NCBI GenBank assembly: GCA_009914755.4
Contig: CP068257.2
Span: forward strand, 41,440,001-41,504,000
Source of the DNA: the human T2T-CHM13v2.0 reference genome, Homo sapiens
Reading direction: 5' to 3'
Length of the DNA stretch: 64,000 nucleotides
Part shown: piece by piece, positions 52,437 through 64,000 of the stretch
How positions within the stretch are numbered: the first letter of the stretch is position 1
How the letters are laid out: every line of letters begins with the position of its first letter
Made by a program: the position numbers and the translations under genes
The notes under the pieces: generated by a model
Database searches by the model: none
What the model was told of the DNA's origin: nothing
What the model saw: only the letters and a program-made list of their open reading frames with translations

Positions 52437-52503
52437 AGTGTGAGCCGTCAGCCGTCTGTGCACTGTTTTGGGGATTACGATAGATGTTTTGAATCAAGAT
52501 GGT
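52437..52503 (-). CDS. U2AF1: U2AF1 alternative exon Ab (67 nt), mutually exclusive with exon 3. It encodes the U2AF35b variant TILIQNIYRNPQNSAQTADGSH(C).
   Basis: tttttttttccccgcag|ACC ATC TTG ATT CAA AAC ATC TAT CGT AAT CCC CAA AAC AGT GCA CAG ACG GCT GAC GGC TCA CAC T|gtaagt. It has the same length and phase as exon 3 with ~70% nucleotide identity, lies 846 bp upstream of exon 3 in transcript sense, and has a strong polypyrimidine tract. Confidence 0.9.
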
Positions 52504-55385
52504 CTGCGGGGAAAAAAAAATAAAAAGGGGAATTCTACTGGCTGCTGTGCATATATTAGACAATTGCAAAGAGACAATTTGTTTGCAAATGGCTAAACGT
52601 TTGTTTTTTTCCCGCAAGTCAGACATTTGTCTTCTGAAGAGTACACCAAAACCATCATATTATGAAAACAGAGTTTGAGCAGTGACTTGGGTCAAGTCAG
52701 CCAGCAACCAAGAAGAAACTGTATTGTTTTGATTAGTCCCACGTTTTCAATGTTAAAGTGTTTTAATGCAAGATAAATAGTAGAATACTAATATTTTCTT
52801 GTACTTCAAGCTAGCAGACACCAAGATGTGGAAAAATTCACGTTATAATCATATTCCTCACACAAGATAATTTTTCAAAACCAAATGCGTAACTCAGCTG
52901 TCTGCAGTACATCAAGTTCTCTGGTCTCCTAGCAAAACAGGCACACCAAACAGGTCTGTCAACTGTCATGGACACCCGGCTCTGATTTACACTTTCTTGG
53001 TGGGATCTCTGTTTACATAATACAATAGCTTAAAACATTTGCTCTTTTCCGATCCTTCTTTTAAGGAAAAAAAATCCTTTTAGCCCTTGTGCTTTAAACT
53101 GGATCAGGCAGACTTGAAACCTTACACTGTACCGTTCTTCTTAAAATCAAGTTGTCTGAAAAAACAAACCATGTTTAAGTTAGTAGGCTAATATATTACA
53201 TGAATCTTAACGTCCATATCACTGTAAGCAGCTTATAAAGAAACCCACCCTGAATTATGCTAGAGATTTACAAGCTAAAGCAATCACTCGCATGATTTAG
53301 AAAAATAAATGTTTAGTCTCAACAATATCCACGTGAAGCAGTTTTGTAAGTGGTGGTTTTATAAAACCAGCCAGCTCCATTTCTAGCTCTGTTTAAAGGG
53401 GAGTGGTTGTATGAAGAGTTCCTCAGTCAAAGGTGTGCAGCTGGGAAGCCCACCCCACCTAAGAGGGAGGTCTGACAAACTGTCCACACTGAACCACTCA
53501 GACCTGCATCAGGGCCCCGTTTCTTCCATAAGCCGCCAAGTACAGCCCTGAGTCAACTGAACTCAGGCCTGGGAGGCTTCCCAAAGCTGACTTGACTCAG
53601 CTTTGAACTGAAATGACCGTACCATGACAACCCTGATGAAAAGCTAAACTGAGCCCAATTATTCAACAGTAAAATTCAGTTGGTCTCACTCAGGTATTCT
53701 GGCAGTGGCTATTTAATGAAGGAAGCTTAACGTAAAGAGGCAATGCAGTCTAATGGGAAAGCCAAGGGTGGCTAGGATTGCCTAAAACCAACCAAAACAA
53801 ACCCACGCATCAAACTAGGATGCTTAAGCTGACACATACTACTGACCCCATCGAGCTCCAATGGGCTCTCCCCAGCACTGACCTGGAATGCCTAAATTAA
53901 CTTCACATTTCACATTCTCAGGTAATCTATGATCCAGAAAAACATAAAGAAAGTGCCTCCAGCCAGATTAAAGAAAACTTTTAGAATAGGGAACAGTTGA
54001 TTTCTCTCAGCCCAACACTTGGGACACCCCCCAAAATCAAAGAACTGGGTGGTCACTTAAGATGCTTGGTTATACCACAATCCATGGCCACTGGTTTAGT
54101 TAGGGGAGATTCGGTTCATAAATCAAAACATTAAAGAAAAAACAATTGCAATACACAGAAAATGTAAAGCTAGTTCTCCAAGATTTTGAAATTTGTAAAA
54201 AGAAACTCATGTTCAGAGCTATCAAAAGACAGACTGCTATTATACTAACCACTTGGTAATTAGCATAATGGAGGGAAAAGCCATCATCCTCTTCCCTTCT
54301 AAAAACACTGTGTGCTGTGGGGTCGTCCATGGGCTTCAACCGGAAAAAACCCATGTTTCCTTCTCCCAGCTCACTTACACAAAGTGGTAGATTTTCTTAA
54401 ATGCTTACAGGAAAACGTATACAGACAGATGTGAGCTCAAAGGCAGAGCCTGGCAGCTCCCAGGGACCACGCATAATAGCTACTCAACAGCTCAGAGGCT
54501 GCACATTTAGACTTCAAGGGTGGGTTGGAAGGAGTTCCCCAGCCCTCCATCTGGAAAGACTTGGGCATCGATTTTCAAATTTCAAATGTTCTCATCAACG
54601 TGGGCACAAGTTTTCTGCTCCGATTAGAGGTGCCTTCTCCCTTTAATCCGTAAGTGATCCTTTATAGTGTACCAACCTTTGCCTTTTCTTCAACTAACCA
54701 AAAATAAAACTATCAAAACTCACAACTTTTGATTGAACTGAACTCAGAGCGGATCTAAGCCCAAGATAACAGGCACTCCTCAATTAACCAAACAGACCCG
54801 CTAAGAGCAATTTACGGCCCATTTTCTACCTTTCAGCTTAATTTTTCATGTTTCCATGACGTGATGCGACTCGCTGTTTCCTCAGCTAGGGATGTGAAAG
54901 TGAGGACGCAGCCAGAGAAGCTCGAGCAGCATGATGGGCCTGGTGACAATCACGCTAACTTGGAAGATGGCTCCATCACCTCTACTGTCTGGAGACAGCA
55001 AAGAGCAGAAAGCCCACTCCGTGTCCACTGGTGCCTGGAGGAGGCTAACCCAAGGCTGGCACGGCCACCCCCTCTGGACCCATGTCTATCAGAGGGGGTA
55101 GGGAAGATGGCAGGGCAGCAAATATCAGGCACAGCCAACACACAAACATCAAAAACTGATTTTTAAAGTTTCTCTAATGATAAAAACAAGGAGTGGTGGT
55201 CTCAGACCTTCCACTGGAAGTCGATCACCTGCCTCACTATTATTTAAATAAAAGAACACACTTATGAACACAAATGGAAAATACAACTACGAGAGAAAAA
55301 ATGACTTGCTTAATATGTAGAAATTAACTGTCTTTGAAAAGAACATGAAGTTTTTATAATTTACATGAAAAAAAGGCAAACAAAC

Positions 55386-55473
55386 CTGGCTAAACGTCGG
55401 TTTATTGTGCAACCGAGAGCACCTGTCTCCATGACGACATGCTCCAATTTTGAAATAAAATGAACAGTTGACT
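55386..55473 (-). CDS. U2AF1: U2AF1 coding exon 2 (aa 16-44; completes Lys15), the first CCCH zinc finger. The S34 codon TCT lies at 55418-55416.
   Basis: cttacag|A GTC AAC TGT TCA TTT TAT TTC AAA ATT GGA GCA TGT CGT CAT GGA GAC AGG TGC TCT CGG TTG CAC AAT AAA CCG ACG TTT AGC CAG|gtttgt = [29 protein letters not shown]. Confidence 0.95.
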
Positions 55474-58099
55474 CTGTAAGGGAAAATGAGAGCTGATTAT
55501 TTTGCTGGGAAGATATCAAACACATGGAATATGTCAGCAGCATGACATACACTATCAAATTACTTTTAACCTCACAGAAACATGACACAGACTTTTTTCC
55601 GTGGTATTAAGCACCTCCTCTTCCTTGCTGTATTTTAGGACAACGTAACTTCAACTTCCCTTTCTGCAAACACACTACTTGTTCAGCAAAGACGGTTCTA
55701 ACTCTAACCCGCCTCCTCCTCATTCAAATCCCCTCCACTTTCCTAACTGCACAGCTGTTCTGTTTGTTTCTTAAATGGAGTATTAAATTAGTCTAAAACT
55801 AAATGTAACTTAGGCAGTATCTGTTCTCCAGTTCTCCACGACCAAGTTCTCTCTTGAAAAGACCGGTGTGGTGAGGGTTAAGATCCCAACTCTGCTACCA
55901 GCTGCTTGGGCTTGGGCAAGTCACCCTAGCTCTCAGATGTCATCTGTAAATGATGACAATGCCAATGTGGCACTGTTCTGAGAGTCAGACAGAACGTATG
56001 TGTGCTTCACATATGGTGCTCATGAAGTGCTATCATTATCTAAGGAAAACAGAAAACGAAGTTCAGAGTCTCTCTAAACGCATGACACCAGACCAACAGG
56101 GAGTTTCAAAAAATAGGTCTGAAGTAAATCAATTCTCCTGGTCTCAATACACTGAAAACAAACTATTAGGGGACTGACCAAACCCACCTTAGGAACCACC
56201 TTACGTCACCTTCTGTCTCTACTGCAAAACCCTCCCTTAATACTGTTCAAATACGCTGACAATCCAGATCCATATCCAATGGAACCAGCAATCATGCCTG
56301 TGTGCCAGCAATGTCAGGGAGGGAAGCCGATCTCTGATGAATTAGGACATCTTACCAGACAGACTTTGTTCAAAATTCAATTTTTTTTTAACCAAGTGCC
56401 ATTATGTTTTAAACAGTCAATCCAGAGTTAAGATTGAAGGGCCTCAACCTCAGTGAAATCTGATGGACCATGAAGACTGACTAGCCACTGATTTATTATC
56501 AGGTAGCAATAAAGATGGGAAAGTCCAAATTTATCAGGAGAGGAAAGTGATTATATATATTTGCAAACTTACAGGTCTTGAGATTATTTAACTTGATTAG
56601 ACAATAGCATATCTTTAGGAAGTCATCTAAAAATAAAGAAAGCTTATTTAAAAACTACCTCAGAATGGGCAAGCCCTGGGCCTCAACAATTAATATCCAA
56701 TTATTCCACACAATTAAACTACAGACAAGCTATTAGGATATCCCTGAATCTAGAAAACATCTATAACTTCAAACATATAATAAGCTAAACATTTTTTAAT
56801 TGGTAGAGATCTATATTTTATTCTTAGCTTAAATAATAATTAAAGTTAATATGAACCATCAGCTTCATTTTTCAGGAGTTGATCCTGTTCCCTGGAAGCT
56901 AAAACCCCACGTCTCCCTGAAAAGAAAACACAAGTAACCTAGATTAAATAATCAACTTTTCTGAATTAAAACCATGACCTTTATAGTATAGCCCAATAGA
57001 TTGAAATGTGGTTGCTTATAGCAGAAATATAGGGAGATAGACTTTTACAAGACAGAAGTCATGCCACATGCAAATATGAAAAGGAGAAATTAATGATGCC
57101 CCGATCCTACATGTGTTAGTTCTTCACCCTAAACTCAGAAGAGTCTCTTGTTCCGATAGAGCTGGTCTATTCATTCGCCAAGATCATACCGTGAGTTCCT
57201 TAAGGATAATATCCAAATTTTACCCATGTTTAAGTCTCCAGAAACTGACCTATAGTTGACCCCCACTAAATGTTTCTGGAGTGACTATAACTGGTAGATT
57301 TTGGCTTAAAATTTTGCTAGAAATATAGCCTCCTCATCCAAACAACACAGGAGATTCTACCATGTGTGAAGAGGACATTTTACAAGATAGACTCCATCCT
57401 GGAAAAGAGAAACATTTTAAATAGCGTTTGAAAAAAGTGGCATTAAAAACATCTATGACAAACTTAGGGGTTTATCATTGAAAACATAAAGTCATGTTAA
57501 CTTTGTATGGCACTGAAGAATGCCAAGATAACTAAAGAGTAGATTAAGCCAGATGCTGAGTCTTTAGGTTTTCAAAGTAAGAATTATCCTTCAAACGTCT
57601 GAAAACATTCCATTTAGTCTAAACTACAGCCAACTCACTGGAAATTAGTACGTGCCAAGGTGGCAATTAAAGCTGAAATTAAATGTTTTGCTTTTAACCT
57701 AACGATTGATTAGGGAAGGCATGCAACCTTAAGGAAAAAATCAAAACATCTTTTTCCTTATATCAGAATTGTGTCTTCAAGAACAGTCACCGACTTACAA
57801 ATTTTCAACTTAGATGATGGGTTTATCGGGGTATTAAAGGCATTTTCGATTCATGATGGGTTTATCGGAACGCAATCCCATGGTAAATCCAGGAGCACCT
57901 GTATGTTAAGAGCGGATCACGTCTCTTGTGGTTAGATAGTTAATCCAGTAGTCTCCACCATACTTTTTCTCGTCATATCTCCTTACTGCCGGCCCAGCGG
58001 TCGCTTAAACAGGCAAGAGGCTGGCTAAGTGGATAAAACACCAACGCTTAGGACCCTAAGTTAGATAAGCGACTGAATACTGGCGAGGCTGGTACCAGA

Positions 58100-59050
58100 G
58101 CTTGCTCGACAGGACATTCACAGCCGAAAGTTGGAACAAACGTGTCCACGTCCAAAAGGCCCGGATGCTCCAGGCAACTTTCAGCGCGGCTCGAGGCGGC
58201 TTCCGGGAGCCGGCGACTCGGAGGCCCGGACGTCGGGCGATCAGCCAGTTCGGACCCCAAGGCCGGAGAAAGCTCGGCCGCGGCGCCCCGAAAAGAGACC
58301 CCATTCATTCTCCCCGCTCCATTTTTCCGCCGCGCGGCCCACGAGGCGGCGGCTCCGGAGGGCGCGCAAGGGGCCGGAAGGGCCACCGCTCCTTCCCGCC
58401 GCGCGCCCCTCCCCCGCCACCGCCGCGCCGGCCCGCCTGGGCCTCCCCGGTCGCCCTCCCACCGCCTCAACCACCCTGCGCCCCGATCGCGCCCAACCCC
58501 CGGCGGGGGGCTCCCACTCACTTGTCTTTCTCGGTGCCGAAGATGGAGGCCAGATACTCCGCCATTTCCCACCCGCCGCCGCCGCTGCCGTCGACACTGC
58601 TGCCGACGCCGCCGACCCTGCCGACGCCCGCGGGAGACGTCACCCGGACGCGACGACGCTCTTCCCCGCCCCGACGTGGCAGCGCTACCCAGTCAGGCGA
58701 GGTGCTGCCTGCGCGTGGGCGGGACGCATGCGCGTAGGGAGCACGTAGTGCGCGTGGGAGGCTCCGCCTTTTCGGTCCTGGGAACCCGCGCCCCCTGCCG
58801 GTGCCCTCCCCGCCCGGCCCTAGCTCTCTCGCCTTCTCGCCCGCCCGGCGCTGGCCCTGCTGGATCCTGCGCGCCGGGGACTGGGGGCTGGCAGTGCAGA
58901 CCGAACCCGGGGCCGAGGGGCTTCTCCACAGAGCCGCCTGGGGCTCGGTGGGGGGCGCTCAGCTCGACCCCAGCTAAGGGAGCACTAGGAAGTGCGGGCG
59001 TCCCCTTCCCTGCACCCTTGCGGGGCGGGAACCGTCGACCTAGAAGAAAA
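58100..59050 (-). promoter_or_regulatory. U2AF1: U2AF1 TATA-less CpG-island promoter and 5' UTR. It carries a CRE/ATF site (gacgtca, 58636-58642), an Sp1 GC box (ccccgcccc, ~58674-58682) and an NRF1-like cgcatgcgcg (58725-58734). The TSS is expected ~58.60-58.65 kb.
   Basis: CpG-dense sequence surrounds the exon 1 ATG. The motifs were read directly on the plus strand upstream (in gene sense) of the ATG. Confidence 0.6.
58522..58565 (-). CDS. U2AF1: U2AF1 coding exon 1, with the ATG at 58565-58563 (aa 1-14 plus 2 nt).
   Basis: ATG GCG GAG TAT CTG GCC TCC ATC TTC GGC ACC GAG AAA GAC AA|gtgagtggg = [14 protein letters not shown](K). Confidence 0.95.
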
Positions 59051-61595
59051 AAAAAGCTGAGGCAAACTTGATATAAGTAGAGAGGTTATTTGGGCCAAGT
59101 TTGAAGATTGCAACCCGGGAGCATAGCTTCAAGTTGCCCTGAACATAGGATTTGCAACAGTGACAAGTGGGTTTATAAAGCTTAAGAGGGGGGCAGTTCT
59201 TAAATAGCTCACCAAGAATTTACATGAAAATAACAAGCTATTAATTGGCTGTACGTTGTTCTTTATATCATAATTCCAGGAAAGGAAGTTCATGGGTGAA
59301 GGCAGCGGGTCCGGAGCAATAGTGCCTTTAAACAATTGCCAGGCATGGGTGGGGACCGCTGAAGCCGCATAGACCTGTCTCTCCGGGCCGGATTAACCTC
59401 GCACGCCTCACATAGCTCGGACGCTCTGTGTTGTTTTTCTCTTCTCACACCCCTCTCCGCTTTACCCTCCCTCAGCGCTTGCCAGGTGCGACCTCCCCGG
59501 GGCCCTGCACTCTTGCAGTTGCCTGGCCAAGGCCACCCACAGGTGGAGCTGGAAGGCCAGTGACCTGCCTCTGGGATACCCTTTCAGTCTCCTCATGTCA
59601 CAAGGCTGGAACCATTCCGTTGGAAGGGTTCTATTCCTCTCCTGCGTTTTAACCCCATCAAGCAGCCATTTTCATCTGGTTTCCCACATTCATCAACTCA
59701 CCTGCGATTTACCTAATTTCCAACGCAACTATCAACTCTGATTAGGTAGAAGTCAGAGAGACAGGGCCTATTTTACTTACCTCCTCCACAAGATGAGCCC
59801 CAGACTGTGGGGCAGGACCATGGGATCCTCTTAGCTCGGCTAGAGCTGAATGCTGAGCTCTAGTGTTTGGGCGGATTTGCGTGTTAGAATTGCATTTCTC
59901 TTGGCAACAGAGCATCTTCCTACCTGGGAAAGATGAGCAAACTGGAAACCTGTATTAGAAACAGTAGGGCCTCAGAGGTTTAAACCAAAAAGTATCTTGA
60001 GACAGGGCTCAATCAATTTAGAAGTTTATTTTGCCAAGGTTAAGGACAATGCCTGGGAGGAAAAAAAACACGGTATCACAGAAACAGTCTGTGGTCTGTG
60101 CCTTTCTCCAAAGATGACTTTGAGGGCTTCAGTATTTAAAGGGGAAAAGTGGGCTGGAGGGGAAAGCGGAACAGTGTGGTAATCCACACGTTGCAAGAGA
60201 AAAGAAGCAGGTTGGGAACAGTCGACTGTGTACAGCTCACTCCTCAGCAAATCAGCACTTTACATAAGAGAAGCGGATGTTGAACCTTCTATCTGTAGCC
60301 GTCTGCTTAGGAACGAAAGGAAAGGCAGCTGCTTACATGACTCAGCTTTCAGCTCATTCTTTTCCTTTTGACAGAGTGAACTGGGGTCCTGACTTTTGTG
60401 TTCCTTTCGCAGAGGTGAGGCCAGAGAAGTGACAAGACAGATGCCAGTCCAGCAGGTGGGCATGTCCAGAAAGTGCAGCCTCAGGACACGGTCTGGGAAC
60501 AAAGACTGCTGGAGAGTTGGAAGCTGGCAAGAGGCTCTCAGCTGTGAAGTACCTGGGGTGGGGGAGAAGTGGTCGGAGAAAGCAGAGGTAAGGTCTGTGC
60601 GTGGGAACTGAACTGAAATCCACAGCTCTATTACAAGGAATTAATCTGGTTACTAGAACCAGGGTAGATGATCAGACCAGGCAGGGCCACCAGTACCATC
60701 CACCCATTTTTCCTGAGAAAAGAAAAATAGGGTAGTCTGAGCTCTGTGAGGTGTGCAGAATGATCAGGCCCAGAGAGGCAGGAGTGTGGGACTTCATTCA
60801 GCGCCTCTTCCACCATAGAAGCAACTGTCCAGGGCAATTGTTTGATGGAATTTTTGCTCCTGACAGGCTGCCTCACCCATTATCTTCTTGTTCACATGGA
60901 ATTAGTGATGCTAAGAACGATGCATAGCCAATCAGCACCTTCTGTTATTTTAATGCAAATTCTTGCTAACAACTTAGGGACTGCCTCTTCCTTTTCCTTA
61001 AAACCCCACTGTGACTGCTGCTAATGGGAACATATGTTCAGGGCAACCTAGGGGCATGTGCCCAGGGAGCCATCCTCAAGCTTTGGGCTCAAATAAACTC
61101 TATACTTAATCATATTTCCTGAATTTCATTATTTGAGGTTGACATTTTGGCAACCCAGATAGGACCTGAAGCAGGCCTTCAGGGATTGCCACTAAGTAGT
61201 GGCATCAATAGTTGGAGCCTTGGTACCAGCACAAACGACTGTTGTTTACTCGACCTCACTGGGGCTGGCAGGGGTCTCTGGTAAGGCCAGTCTTGGGATC
61301 TGAATCCTCCCAGCTTAGTTGAAGATTGAGACTTACACACTAATAATTTGATAGGGTTAGAACTGAAGCTCCACTGAAAGGTAGGAGTTTCCATTTTTAT
61401 TCTCTAGAGATTCTGTTGACTGCAGATTTGTGATTTTCACTTCTGTCTGAGGTTTTGCTTGTCTTTTTACAGTTTGCAGCCTTTTCTCTCATTCGAAATT
61501 TGGTCAAGGAGAAAGTGTCATCTTTAAAACTGGCCATATTCTGAAACTTGGTTCAACTGACAAATCTAAACATTCTTCTTCTTCTTCTTTTTTTT

Positions 61596-61893
61596 TTTTT
61601 TTTTTTTTTTTTGAGACAGAGTCTCGCTCTGTCGCCCAGGCTGGAGTGCAGTGGCATGATCTCGGCTCACTGCAACCTCTGCCTCCTCAGTTCAGGCAGT
61701 TCTCTGCCTCAGCCTTCTAAGTAGCTGGGATTAGAGGCGCCTGCCACCATGCCCTGCTAATTTTTTGTATTTTTAGTAGAGTTGGGGTTTCACCATCTTG
61801 GCCAAGCTGATCTTGAACTCCTGACCTCGTGATCCCCCTGCCTCGGCCTTCCAAAGTGCTGGGATTACAGGCGTGAGTCACCGCGCTTGGCCA
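61596..61893 (-). mobile_element. Alu upstream of U2AF1.
   Basis: polyT-gagacagagtctcgctctgtcgcccaggctggagtgcagtggcatgatctcggctcactgcaacc...gggattacaggcgtgagtcaccgcgcttggcc. Confidence 0.9.
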
Positions 61894-62281
61894 TTTTCTT
61901 CTTTAGTGACCAAAATTCCTCCCCTTAGGCATTTTTGGTCATTCAGAAGGAAAATCTAAATTATGGACACTTGTGCTTCTAGAGCAGACATGCATCTGCA
62001 GAGACGGCAGCTGGATTCGTGGACAATGCTTATGGTGCCACCTTCTGTCAGTATCTAGAAACATGGTCTCACTTAACCCGTGAAGACCCCAGACTATAAT
62101 AGCTAAAATGGGGCGCCTTTAAAGTAACTAGTTTATGCACTCAATAGGAAAAATCTGCATCTAAAATTTAAAAACTGAGAGAGCTATTTTTCAATGATAC
62201 TTAGAAGCTTCTAAAAGAAGTTCTGATGAAGTCATTTCTTTGCAAGAAGAAAACAGAAGATTATCTGAAACTATTTCTTTT

Positions 62282-62750
<469 letters not shown>

Positions 62751-62766
62751 TAGAAGTAGTTTCAGG

Positions 62767-63137
<371 letters not shown>

Positions 63138-63263
63138 CTAAACTCATCTCTTTCTGCCTGTTCCCTCAGCTCCCATACATCTCTTAAGCAGTGTTTTTGG
63201 AATTCCACAATGCACACATTTCCTTCTCTCAAAAAGGGGAAAGTATATTTAAATTTGGAACAG

Positions 63264-63600
<337 letters not shown>

Positions 63601-63606
63601 AATAGG

Positions 63607-63941
<335 letters not shown>

Positions 63942-64000
63942 CTAACATCCAGGGAATTAGTTCAGCTGAGATCAGATCTGAAACAAGTCAAAACCCTTTA

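Noticed and set aside
58048-59071. ORFs of 174-309 aa across the U2AF1 CpG island on both strands.
   Set aside because: GC-rich artefacts. The only real coding sequence here is the 44-nt U2AF1 exon 1 (58522-58565, minus strand), which matches [14 protein letters not shown].

Overview
This window is human genomic DNA from 21q22.3, presented on the reference + strand. It contains two complete, well-known genes, both on the minus strand, and no novel or prokaryotic-type system. The ORF track is mostly misleading here because it uses bacterial-style start codons; real coding sequence was found by matching spliced protein segments.

(1) CBS, cystathionine beta-synthase. I mapped all constitutive coding exons base-by-base, with canonical AG/GT splice junctions on the minus strand. 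The segments sum to 1656 nt, giving 551 aa plus stop. The start codon is at 23309 and the stop at 4999. The known 31-bp VNTR (18 units) lies at the exon 13/intron 13 boundary. A CpG-island promoter and 5'-UTR region spans roughly 25.5-28.0 kb.

(2) U2AF1 (U2AF35). Eight coding exons sum to 723 nt, giving 240 aa plus stop. The ATG is at 58565, the stop at 44162, and an AATAAA signal lies at 44040-44035. The alternative mutually exclusive 67-nt exon Ab is at 52437-52503. The promoter is a TATA-less CpG island at about 58.1-59.05 kb.

The two genes are separated by a ~16 kb intergenic spacer saturated with Alu elements. Downstream of CBS (1.9-4.6 kb) is an old L1 fragment interrupted by Alu insertions, which appears to supply the end of the CBS 3' UTR.

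The window holds more than 45 Alu copies, plus (CA)n microsatellites, a 57-bp minisatellite at ~42.8 kb and a purine-rich 24-bp tandem repeat at ~30.9 kb. The 5' half of U2AF1 (~51.3-61.6 kb) is conspicuously Alu-free. The large GC-rich ORFs in the two CpG islands and the repetitive ORFs over the VNTR are artefacts. I report known-biology observations and a few sequence curiosities rather than a novel system.
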